A stretch of DNA of 64,000 bases, taken from a virus. Position numbers and translations under genes: made by a program. Location: the IMG/VR virus record IMGVR_UViG_3300042196_000093; one strand, given 5' to 3'. The notes under the pieces were generated by a model. The model made no database searches, was not told the DNA's origin, and was given only the letters and a program-made list of their open reading frames with translations. Shown here one piece after another: positions 56,324 through 64,000 of this stretch. The stretch's first letter is position 1. Every line of letters begins with the position of its first letter.

Positions 56324-57142
56324 TTAGTACGCGGGCATGTTGTCGATGGCTTGCGCCAAGAATGGGTGGAGCATCTCGTAGGCTTCTTCGCAGATCGACC
56401 GGCGCGTGGCGTGCTCCAGTGCCCATGTCTCGCTGTTGTCTCCGCGCTGGATGCCCGTCAGGCCCTTCAACTGCATGTCTCGACGGGCTTCCCAATCATG
56501 CCCTTGTTCAACCTGCTTGAGCAAGTACAGCGCCTGCACAGCCGTCGCCCAGCGCACGCGGGTAGGAATCCTGTCGATGCCCATGAAGAAACTGGCTGTC
56601 GCTTCCTCGAAAGGCAAAGTACGAGGCCACTGGCGTGTGGTGTCCGTCTCGAAGAAACGGATTTTCATGCCCTTGAATCGCTCACCGTCAATGCCGTCGC
56701 TGGCAGAGACCAGAGCACGTAACTGTGTGATCGCATCGAAGCGGTCCCAATCCACGTAGTCGAGGCGCGTCTGGAAAAACTCCTCTGCCTCCACGGTGTC
56801 GATGTACGGTGTACGGTTGTCTGGAATCGTGGGCGAGGCCGCGCCTGTGATCAAGATGACCTGATCCCACGGGCGCACAACACCGGCTGCTGTCGTAGCG
56901 AAGTACCGGGCCACGATGAACGTGCCGGGGAAATCCTCCTGATCACTGATGTCGAATGCCGTGACTTTGTAAGAGTAATCTGGCCCCGCCCCGATGATCT
57001 CGGAAATTCCCGCAGGAAAAACCAGCGTGGCCTTCAAGTCCTTGTTGCGGTTCCTGATCTCGATGGACAACGACACCACAGGCACGCCGAGCAGCGTGGT
57101 CGGGTCTATTACCCTGTCCGTGAATGTGACTGTCTCCGGCAT
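56324..57142 (-). CDS. head-tail adaptor-like protein with an extra N-terminal domain
   Basis: YIDTVEAEEFF...W...RALVSASDGID...FKG.K...QWPR pattern of phage adaptor proteins. Confidence 0.65.
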   Translation of the reverse strand: MPETVTFTDRVIDPTTLLGVPVVSLSIEIRNRNKDLKATLVFPAGISEIIGAGPDYSYKVTAFDISDQEDFPGTFIVARYFATTAAGVVRPWDQVILITGAASPTIPDNRTPYIDTVEAEEFFQTRLDYVDWDRFDAITQLRALVSASDGIDGERFKGMKIRFFETDTTRQWPRTLPFEEATASFFMGIDRIPTRVRWATAVQALYLLKQVEQGHDWEARRDMQLKGLTGIQRGDNSETWALEHATRRSICEEAYEMLHPFLAQAIDNMPAY

Positions 57143-57145
57143 TGG

Positions 57146-57832
57146 TTAGCCCTTTAGATCGGTGCCCACTCCCTGCGAAGAAGACAACTCGGGCTTGAGA
57201 CCCGCGCTGCTCTTGAGGAAATTCTGGAGTCCTTTGTCGGCAGCCATATTGCCGTCCACAGAGGACTCTGCTCCGGGGCTGACACCTTCTTCGTCTTCCT
57301 CTGTGCCCTTGCTCTGGCCGGAAGCATCCTCGGCAGAGCCGTCCAGTTCCTCGCCTACTTCGATGCTGGCGCTGGAGCCGAAGGACATGAGACCGGCTTC
57401 CTGCACGGCTTCACTGTTCGGGGCGACGTAGGCAAACTCCTGTGCCTGAAATTCCTCATACTCCTTGGAGTCGTAGGCAGGCATGGCGGTGTAATCCCGC
57501 TTGCCCATGTCGTCCAGCATCACCCAATGCTTGGACTTTTCCTGCACGTCCTTGATGCGGGCAGCAGCGACAGTGTTGTTCAGGTAAAAGTAGAGAGACT
57601 TGAAAGCAACATCCAACGCAGCGCGTGGCGATTCCTTGGAAACACGCAGCGTGGCTGATGGAATTTCCAGCGGGTTCGCAGGCAGGTAAAAGCCATCAGG
57701 CCCCATGACGGTAACGCTGGGCACGTACTTGCGCCCTTCGCGGCTGCCGCTCACGCTGATGCGGTGCTGGTCGTAAGGGCCGCCAATGATGGTGCCCTCG
57801 TAGCAGATGTGTTCAAGAACCTTAGTGGGCAT
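57146..57832 (-). CDS. hypothetical with an acidic disordered tail
   Basis: ORF track, SD AAGGAG. Confidence 0.7.
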   Translation of the reverse strand: MPTKVLEHICYEGTIIGGPYDQHRISVSGSREGRKYVPSVTVMGPDGFYLPANPLEIPSATLRVSKESPRAALDVAFKSLYFYLNNTVAAARIKDVQEKSKHWVMLDDMGKRDYTAMPAYDSKEYEEFQAQEFAYVAPNSEAVQEAGLMSFGSSASIEVGEELDGSAEDASGQSKGTEEDEEGVSPGAESSVDGNMAADKGLQNFLKSSAGLKPELSSSQGVGTDLKG

Positions 57833-57854
57833 GACGATCTCCTTGTTCTCTTAT

Positions 57855-58253
57855 CTACGTGAGCCCGTTCTTTTCAACGAACTCATCGAACTCAAAGGCA
57901 AACAACTCGTAGTAGAAAGCCCTGAACAGGTCCAGTGGCCGCTGTAGATATAAGGCCGCACCCTTGAATCCAAGTGACGGGTGCCGGTACTCATCCTCGT
58001 GCTGCGTTTCCGCGTAGATCAGAGGATAGATCACCCTTACCATCGAAAAAGCAAGGTCGATGTCCGGCATTACCTCCACGTAGCCACTGTCCTTCAATGC
58101 ACCCGTCAGCACAGGGACAAACTGCCGGGAATCCGAAAGCAGACGATCAGCAACTCTCTTGAGAGCATAATCCGTGGCAGCAGCGAAACCAATCTTCAAT
58201 GCCCTCAGCGGGAATTTCTTGTTTATCTCAACTGAAAAGCTGCCTTCAACCAT
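57855..58253 (-). CDS. HK97 gp10-like neck / tail-completion protein
   Basis: SRQFVPVLTGALKDSG...YAETQHE motif. Confidence 0.7.
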   Translation of the reverse strand: MVEGSFSVEINKKFPLRALKIGFAAATDYALKRVADRLLSDSRQFVPVLTGALKDSGYVEVMPDIDLAFSMVRVIYPLIYAETQHEDEYRHPSLGFKGAALYLQRPLDLFRAFYYELFAFEFDEFVEKNGLT

Positions 58254-58272
58254 GCGTGCATCCTACAAAGAA

Positions 58273-58299
58273 AACCGACCAGCGCGAAGCTGGTCGGTT
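58273..58299 (-). terminator. intrinsic terminator
   Basis: AACCGACCAGC-TTCGC-GCTGGTCGGTT followed by TTCTTT on the minus strand. Confidence 0.8.
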
Positions 58300-58303
58300 G
58301 CAC

Positions 58304-59587
58304 CTAGCGTGTGCCGGGCGGCGGTGGAGGCGGAGCCATCGGTTGTGTCGGCCTCTGGGCCTGCGTCGTCGGCGGCATCGGTACACCGGGATTATTGACC
58401 CGCTGCGATGTGGCAAGCTGCTCCTCGGTCGGCGTGTTCTTTGCATCAGGATTCACGTGACCTGTGGACACAACTTCCTGCTTGTCATCCGGCGTCGGCT
58501 GCTGCCCCTGCTGCGTGCGTCGAACTGTCTCAGGAATTTCATGCTGCATGTTCAGCGGGTCATGCAGATCAGACTTCATGCTGGTGCTTTGGCGGGCCTG
58601 CTGCACAGGAGCCTGCGGGTCCACCTGCATCTGTGGTTGCATCTGCGGATGTCCCTGCATCTGCTGCTGGCCCTGCGGCGTCTGCGCGTATTGCTGAGAA
58701 GACGCCGGGGGCGGAGGCGCTGGATTCCTCTGTTGCGCCTGCGGATATTCCGGTGTGGGCTGTGGCTGCTGACGTGCGCCTTGCGGATTCTGGTACGTCT
58801 GCACGTCAGGATTACCCGGTGCTTCTGCTGTCTGGTTGGCATCCATCATCTGCTTGTCGCGCTCGGGGTTCAGGGCAACCAGCAATGCTCCCTGTCCGCC
58901 CGGCCTGCGGCTTGCCAGACCATCGGAACGACTCAAGCGGTGCGCCATCGCATTCATGGCATTTTCCTCCTGCTTGGTCGGGCCGCGCCAACGGACAGGC
59001 GCAATCTGCACGCACTCGGCAATGGCCAGTGGGCGTGCCTGCCACATCTGCATGTTGCCGTTCTGCACAAGCTCAGGGTAGATCGTGTAGCTGTAATTCT
59101 CGATCTGCTGGAGCATGGCACGAGCTACGTGGAACGGGAACGTCCGGGCCTCGTAGGGAACGGCCTCATAAGGCAGTCGCCGCCACACTGTCCGCACCGT
59201 CTGGCTGGTTGCCAATTTCACCGGCATGTCACGGAACGCCCGGTTAGCGTCCGTGCGTAGCGGCTCCATTGTCATGTGCAGCAATTCGATGAGGATGAAA
59301 AGCGCAGGAATTTCCTCGTGCTCTTGGAACGGAGCAAGGTTCTGCGCTCGAAGGTACTCGTTGAGCCGCTTCCGGGCCTGTGTCTTCACCAGCATGGCCG
59401 GTCGAGAATTCAACGGGTTCATGTCCGGGCGATTTTGCGCCAGCGTTCGCCCATAAACGTATGGCCCTGCTTGCTGTTGCGGCAACAGCCCTGTTGAAGC
59501 AGGCGGCGCGGGATACCCGGCAGGTAATCCAGCATTCGGTCCTGACATTTTCCGTCTCCTGTAGGTTGAAATTACACCAAGCCCCAT
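58304..59587 (-). CDS. hypothetical with a Gln/Pro-rich low-complexity C-terminal third
   Basis: 427-aa ORF flanked by terminators. Confidence 0.7.
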   Translation of the reverse strand: MGLGVISTYRRRKMSGPNAGLPAGYPAPPASTGLLPQQQAGPYVYGRTLAQNRPDMNPLNSRPAMLVKTQARKRLNEYLRAQNLAPFQEHEEIPALFILIELLHMTMEPLRTDANRAFRDMPVKLATSQTVRTVWRRLPYEAVPYEARTFPFHVARAMLQQIENYSYTIYPELVQNGNMQMWQARPLAIAECVQIAPVRWRGPTKQEENAMNAMAHRLSRSDGLASRRPGGQGALLVALNPERDKQMMDANQTAEAPGNPDVQTYQNPQGARQQPQPTPEYPQAQQRNPAPPPPASSQQYAQTPQGQQQMQGHPQMQPQMQVDPQAPVQQARQSTSMKSDLHDPLNMQHEIPETVRRTQQGQQPTPDDKQEVVSTGHVNPDAKNTPTEEQLATSQRVNNPGVPMPPTTQAQRPTQPMAPPPPPPGTR

Positions 59588-59613
59588 TGTGGTTTCAGAG
59601 TGAATAAAAGCAA

Positions 59614-59635
59614 GGGCCGTCCCGAAGGACGGCCC
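59614..59635 (-). terminator. terminator after the major capsid gene
   Basis: GGGCCGTCC-TTCG-GGACGGCCC followed by TTGCTTTT on the minus strand. Confidence 0.85.
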
Positions 59636-59675
59636 TGCATTTTCTACGGCCTATCGACCTAGTAGTTACTGGCTA

Positions 59676-60677
59676 CTAGACGATCAGATCGCGGAGAGAA
59701 CCCAGCACGAACGGGTTCTTCACCTGCATCTGGCTGTAGGTCTTGGCGTGCATGACGTTGGCGTCACGAATGCCCGCATCGCGGGGGCTGATCGTGAAGT
59801 CCAGCAGAATCTTGTACTTGATGAGGTCCATGTCGAGGAAATCCATGCGGCCTTCCTCGAACAACGGAACACTCACCAGCGCAACGTCGTCAAACTTCAA
59901 CGCCTCGAAGCCGCCGACATAGCGGTTCGCGCCTCCGCCCGTGAGGGGGAAGCGACGGTCGCCTTGCAACAGGAGACCGTACTGCGTGAAGACGTTGGGC
60001 GAGCACAGGATGTGCGTGACGCGACCCTGACGAACTTGCCGAAGCTCGTTCATAATCTGGTGCATCAGGGCTTCTGTAAGCGGGCGCGGTGTACCGGGGG
60101 CCAGTGGGTTGCGGAGCACAAAGCTCTGCCACCACACGTCCACGGTACGGTCGATGCCCGCGTACACGGGAACATCGCCGCCGTCGTCGATGCCAGCCTG
60201 CAAGCCGGTGATGTCAAGTCCGGGGTTCAAAGCCGGGTTGACGCCGTTCAGGTTGCCATCGCCGTCGCTCAGGAGTTGCAGGTTCATGTTCGCCTGCAAC
60301 TGCTTGAGCGCCTGCTCGGTGTTTTCACCCACGGCGTCGATGATCGCCTTGGGGCTCTGCGTGATGGCCTGTGCGAGACCACTCACCTTGATCGGCACAC
60401 CGTTCAGCTTCCAGTCAAGCTGGGCCGTGGCGAAACGCTCGCCAAGGTCGGTGCGGTTGATGCCGATGTCGCCGTCCTCGCTGTACGAGCCCGCCGCAGG
60501 GTTGCCGCTGTAATACAGCTTCCAGCGGATGTCCTTCTCGACGTACTCCTCACGAGTGGGATTGAGCAGTTCCATGAACACGTTGTTGCGCACGAATGTG
60601 CGATAGAACGTGGACTCAAACTCCTCTTTCACCATGATGGCGGCGTCAGCGAAATTGAAGCCTGCAACGCCGGGCAT
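59676..60677 (-). CDS. major capsid protein (HK97 fold)
   Basis: 333 aa after a scaffold gene, strong SD GAGGAG, followed by a terminator; capsid-like GLQAGID...YAGIDR...WW and final GSLRDL. Confidence 0.85.
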   Translation of the reverse strand: MPGVAGFNFADAAIMVKEEFESTFYRTFVRNNVFMELLNPTREEYVEKDIRWKLYYSGNPAAGSYSEDGDIGINRTDLGERFATAQLDWKLNGVPIKVSGLAQAITQSPKAIIDAVGENTEQALKQLQANMNLQLLSDGDGNLNGVNPALNPGLDITGLQAGIDDGGDVPVYAGIDRTVDVWWQSFVLRNPLAPGTPRPLTEALMHQIMNELRQVRQGRVTHILCSPNVFTQYGLLLQGDRRFPLTGGGANRYVGGFEALKFDDVALVSVPLFEEGRMDFLDMDLIKYKILLDFTISPRDAGIRDANVMHAKTYSQMQVKNPFVLGSLRDLIV

Positions 60678-60742
60678 GTGCTACTCCTCAGTCCGATGAC
60701 AATTTCCTGCTAATCGCAGGGTAATGCGGTGCCCACTGATCA

Positions 60743-60794
60743 TGGAAAAAAAACCAGACGGATTTCAAGCCTATTTTCGGCCTAAAATCCGTCT
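60743..60794 (-). terminator. long stem-loop with T8 tract between the scaffold and capsid genes
   Basis: AGACGGATTT (60756-60765) / AAATCCGTCT (60785-60794), then GGTTTTTTTT on the minus strand. Confidence 0.6.
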
Positions 60795-60821
60795 AATTTT
60801 CTATGGGTGTGTCAGGTGAAA

Positions 60822-61982
60822 TTACGCGCTACCGGCTCCCATCGTCTCAGCCCGCTTGGATAAAGCCTTCCGAGCGTCTGCGAAGGATTCATGCTCCTTC
60901 TTTTCGGTGGTAGCTGGAGGATTCTTTCCGGCCACTTTTCCACCCGCATCTGTGCCTGTACCGGCCTTTACAGTGACTTTCCTCGGTTGCGTGCCACCCT
61001 CTCCAGCAGCGGGCTCCGTACCTGTGCCAGCCGGTTTTCCATCGCCTCCCTTGGCAGGAGTACGAAATAGCGAAGGTCTGTGCTCCTTCATGGCAGCAAA
61101 GATTTCCTCCCACGTCATCTGCCGCTGGTTGGCGTTGACGATCTCTGATGCCGTGCCAAAGGCCACGTCAAGCAGGTCTTCGGGCACACCGAGTTTCTTG
61201 GCGTTGGTGTTGAATTGGTTGCGGGTCTCTGTGTTGGCGCGTGTCTTTTCCGCATTTTCCATGTCGCGCATTTTCTTTTCAGCTTCCTGACGCCGAATGC
61301 GCTCCTGTGCCAACTCATCATCCTGCTTCTTGAACTTGTCCGTGAATTCCTGCTTGATCTTGCCCAGCTTATCATCCAGCAGAGCATTCATATCCATCTG
61401 CTGCTGCGGCTGGGCTGGTTGCTGAGGCTGCTGGATCGCTGCGTTCGGTACGCCCTCCGCTGGCTTCTGCACGGCAGCAGGCTGCTGGGCAGGGCCTCCC
61501 TGTGGCTGTTGTGCTGGAGCCTGTGGCTTGGCACCGGCTGCCAACGCGGTGTCGATCTCTTTATTGAGGTCAGGGTCGTTCAAGATCGCCTCGATTCGTT
61601 TGTTGCGACGAGCCGTGACGTTGGCCTTGAGTTGCTCCAGCTTCGTCTTGTTCTCCGGTGATAGCACGCGGAAGCTACGCAGCTTTTCCGCCATCTGAAA
61701 ATCCTGATCGACCTCTTGTGCGATTTTCTTGAGGTCGAGGCCCTTGACAATGGCATCAGCTTGGCCATCAATCTTTGCCAGCTTCTGACCATCGGCGATT
61801 TTCTTCTGATCGGCTGCGGCATCGGCTGCCTGCTTGTCGCGCAGCTTTGCGTTCATGCCCTCGCGGGCTTTCTGAAAATCGTCGTGACCCTCGCCTTTCG
61901 CATCGCCTTTGTAAATCTGACCATCAGCGGCTTTCTTCGGGTCGGTCGCCACTGGATGCTGCTGTTGTGCGCCTCCTGCCAT
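60822..61982 (-). CDS. capsid scaffolding protein
   Basis: Gln/Lys/Ala-rich coiled coil; C-terminal KLGVPEDLLDVA...AMKEHRPSLF segment; upstream of the capsid gene. Confidence 0.75.
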   Translation of the reverse strand: MAGGAQQQHPVATDPKKAADGQIYKGDAKGEGHDDFQKAREGMNAKLRDKQAADAAADQKKIADGQKLAKIDGQADAIVKGLDLKKIAQEVDQDFQMAEKLRSFRVLSPENKTKLEQLKANVTARRNKRIEAILNDPDLNKEIDTALAAGAKPQAPAQQPQGGPAQQPAAVQKPAEGVPNAAIQQPQQPAQPQQQMDMNALLDDKLGKIKQEFTDKFKKQDDELAQERIRRQEAEKKMRDMENAEKTRANTETRNQFNTNAKKLGVPEDLLDVAFGTASEIVNANQRQMTWEEIFAAMKEHRPSLFRTPAKGGDGKPAGTGTEPAAGEGGTQPRKVTVKAGTGTDAGGKVAGKNPPATTEKKEHESFADARKALSKRAETMGAGSA

Positions 61983-61995
61983 GATCCAATCTCCT

Positions 61996-62898
61996 TTAGA
62001 CGTTGATACTCACCGGGGCAGATCGCTTCGCTCGGTTCGTCCTGCCCTGAGAAATCCACCTGCCGATCTCTTTCAGATCAACTACCGGCCCGAACTTCCC
62101 GTCGTAGGTCTGCGTCGTTTGTTGAAATGTTTTCACGACGTAGTGGACGCAGTTCGGATGAAAAAGATTCGGCGACAACTCCTGTGCAGCATAGCGAAGG
62201 GACTCTCGCGTGAAAACCCTCCCTGCACATAATCTACAAGTCTTTGATGAAACCTGCGAGAGATGGCTGTTGATGAGGTATAGCTGCTCCCCCTCCTTCT
62301 GGGAAACGCCAAACCTTGTAACCATCATCTCGAAGTCTCTACGGAAATTCATCCCATTGGTCTTGTAGAGCATCTGGATGTGGGCTGTGAGGTTGATCGA
62401 GAACTTCACACGCTGGTCGCCAATCTTGCGCGTGCGGATCACACCCTTTAGCTGACTGTTGGCCGAAGCCTTGATGTCCTCTACTTCTTCCTCGCGCTTG
62501 CCCTCAAAGAGAGCCCGGACGATGCGCCGGAAGATGCTTGGCTGGCCGAACTGTGTCTTGCCCTCAATGCTGTTCTGGGCGACGGCAAAAGCCTTCTGGA
62601 TTGCCTGTGTCCATAGACCCTTGTGCCGGTCCAGCATCGCGGCGAGCATCCGCAGTTGGTTGTCCTTGGGCTCGCCACCGAAGTCTCGGGCAACCATCGC
62701 GGAGAACATCCGGTCGAACTCATTGCGCCCGTAGATGTCAAACTGCGTGGCAAAGCCAAGGATGACACCACGGTTGTACCGTTCGATGTCCTCCTCAACC
62801 TCTGCCTGAAATTTTTGTAGTTGCTCCAGCAGGCTTCTGTTGTCGAAGAACGTGCCTGCGTTCTGGATGGTGAATTCAATTGGCGTCGTTCGAGCCAT
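61996..62898 (-). CDS. head morphogenesis / minor capsid protein (SPP1 gp7 / Mu F-like); start uncertain (62898 or 62934)
   Basis: SKTCRLCAGRVF...LFHPNCVH motif. Confidence 0.8.
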   Translation of the reverse strand: MARTTPIEFTIQNAGTFFDNRSLLEQLQKFQAEVEEDIERYNRGVILGFATQFDIYGRNEFDRMFSAMVARDFGGEPKDNQLRMLAAMLDRHKGLWTQAIQKAFAVAQNSIEGKTQFGQPSIFRRIVRALFEGKREEEVEDIKASANSQLKGVIRTRKIGDQRVKFSINLTAHIQMLYKTNGMNFRRDFEMMVTRFGVSQKEGEQLYLINSHLSQVSSKTCRLCAGRVFTRESLRYAAQELSPNLFHPNCVHYVVKTFQQTTQTYDGKFGPVVDLKEIGRWISQGRTNRAKRSAPVSINV

Positions 62899-62912
62899 GC
62901 GGAAAAGATAGC

Positions 62913-63446
62913 CTACTTTCCATCCGCCCGCCACTCCTGCTTTTCGTTTGAGCCTTCAACCCACCACTGGAGCACGCCGTCCTTGAAGCTCAGGTAGTAG
63001 ATCGTTTCATGCTCAGGCAGGCGGTAGACCACGCGCCCTTGGATGGCGTGGTTCTTCTGGTAGATCGCATTGAAGTTCGGTGGCCACTCCGAAGGCAGCA
63101 TGGCGAAGCCTCCGAACGTGTCATCTACACCTTCTACCTCGCCGGGCGCGATGGTGATTTTCCTGTGCTGCTCAAGGGTGTCCTCAGTGGAGTGCGTGTC
63201 CGTCCAGCTTTTGTAATCCGGCATTACGCGGAAGGATTCCACGCCGTGCCATTGGCCAAGGTCGATCCACTGAATCAGGTGTGGGTCGTTCGTCGGACTC
63301 TGGAATTTCAGCTTGATCTTGTACCCGTTCTCCTTCACCTCGGGCTCCGAGGCCAAGTAGATCGAGACCTGATCGTGTGACTGATAGAGAGGAGTAGTTG
63401 TGCAGCCTGCGACGAACAGCAGGCATAGAACAAGCAACTTGCGCAT
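62913..63446 (-). CDS. lipoprotein
   Basis: MRKLLVLCLLFVAG-C lipobox signal. Confidence 0.75.
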   Translation of the reverse strand: MRKLLVLCLLFVAGCTTTPLYQSHDQVSIYLASEPEVKENGYKIKLKFQSPTNDPHLIQWIDLGQWHGVESFRVMPDYKSWTDTHSTEDTLEQHRKITIAPGEVEGVDDTFGGFAMLPSEWPPNFNAIYQKNHAIQGRVVYRLPEHETIYYLSFKDGVLQWWVEGSNEKQEWRADGK

Positions 63447-63527
63447 GGTTTTCCTCCGCCTACAGAAGACCCCGCTGGGACCGATTCCAGCGGGGCCATC
63501 AGGAGATTGGAATGGGCAGTGCCGTGG

Positions 63528-63803
63528 CTACCCTTCCGGTTTATCTACGGCTGGCTTGATCGCCTCGGCGACGACCTCAACAGCGGCATTGATCCCGCCT
63601 TTGCGCCATGCCGTCACGATGTCCTGTATGCCCTGAATCAGCATCCAGAGACTGCCTACGCCCGTGATGAGGTATGCCTGCAACTCCGGGCTGATCTCGA
63701 TGCCGAATGTCTTCAATTGCGTGAGGATGTAGACGAGCACAGCGGAGAAACCCAGCTTACGCGAGCGCAGGCGCTCAGGAATCAATTCCACAATCTTTTC
63801 CAT
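63528..63803 (-). CDS. holin-like membrane protein
   Basis: RSRKLG followed by two hydrophobic helices; ATG 63803 after GGGAGG. Confidence 0.65.
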   Translation of the reverse strand: MEKIVELIPERLRSRKLGFSAVLVYILTQLKTFGIEISPELQAYLITGVGSLWMLIQGIQDIVTAWRKGGINAAVEVVAEAIKPAVDKPEG

Positions 63804-63835
63804 TAGGATCACCTCCCTTTCTGTATCTACGCAGA

Positions 63836-63859
63836 ACGACCGCCTGTAAGGGCGGTCGT
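63836..63859. terminator. hairpin upstream of the holin
   Basis: ACGACCGCC-tgtaag-GGCGGTCGT; weak U-tract. Confidence 0.45.
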
Positions 63860-63918
63860 CTGTTTGAAGCCAAGGAAACAGGGCGAGAACCCATCACGTT
63901 CCTGTCCCGAAGGAAAGG

Positions 63919-64000
63919 TTAGCTTATGAACTCATCCACGGATTTCAAGCCGATGTCGGTGAGCTTGTCCACCAGTGGCTTTCCGAATGCCCCGAGGAAC
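63919..64000 (-). CDS. 3' end of a gene entering from the right edge (...FLGAFGKPLVDKLTDIGLKSVDEFIS*)
   Basis: Manual translation, TAA at 63919-63921. Confidence 0.55.
   Translation of the reverse strand, partial: FLGAFGKPLVDKLTDIGLKSVDEFIS

Noticed and set aside
1-64000. Stop-codon reassignment (TAG or TGA recoding), as seen in some large phages
   Set aside because: Genes are intact in the standard code, and TAG is used repeatedly as a real stop directly before the next RBS and start.
1-64000. Prophage status or integration module
   Set aside because: No integrase, repressor, att-like junction or host genes in the window; lifestyle cannot be determined from this segment.

Overview
The whole window (about 57% GC by eye) is part of a large, long-tailed dsDNA phage genome, probably a siphovirus of a diderm host. 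No host chromosomal genes, tRNA, rRNA, CRISPR array, integrase, DNA polymerase, terminase or portal were recognised. There are four blocks. (1) 1-16.3 kb: about 40 tightly packed leftward early genes, mostly orphans. They include a Topo VI-A/Spo11-like TOPRIM protein missed by the ORF track, a DUF3846-like protein and a SEC-C motif protein, and start from a palindrome- and A-tract-rich control region at 16.15-16.47 kb. (2) 16.5-20.6 kb leftward: primase and a DnaB/gp41-like helicase carrying a LAGLIDADG intein. (3) 20.8-31.5 kb rightward from a sigma70-type promoter: an HTH initiator followed by iterons, UvsW-like helicase, UvsX-like recombinase, 5'-3' exonuclease, HNH, Mre11/Rad50-like pair, RuvC-like resolvase and an unusual sigma-like factor. 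(4) 31.5-64 kb leftward: holin, lipoprotein, head, neck and tail genes, a -1 frameshifted tail chaperone pair, a 2869-aa tape measure protein and tail-tip genes, interrupted by two more HNH genes. The most striking unexplained signal is a genome-wide iterated DNA motif, GGAAATT/GGAAAAT. By hand count the exact GGAAATT heptamer is about 15-fold over expectation, on both strands and in all reading frames. Other leads are a GATC/TCGA-free 1.5 kb putative entry end, a perfect 30-bp palindrome, a repeated stop/RBS/start gene-junction module and a start-stop minigene ahead of the initiator. All functional calls come from motif recognition by eye; no searches were run.
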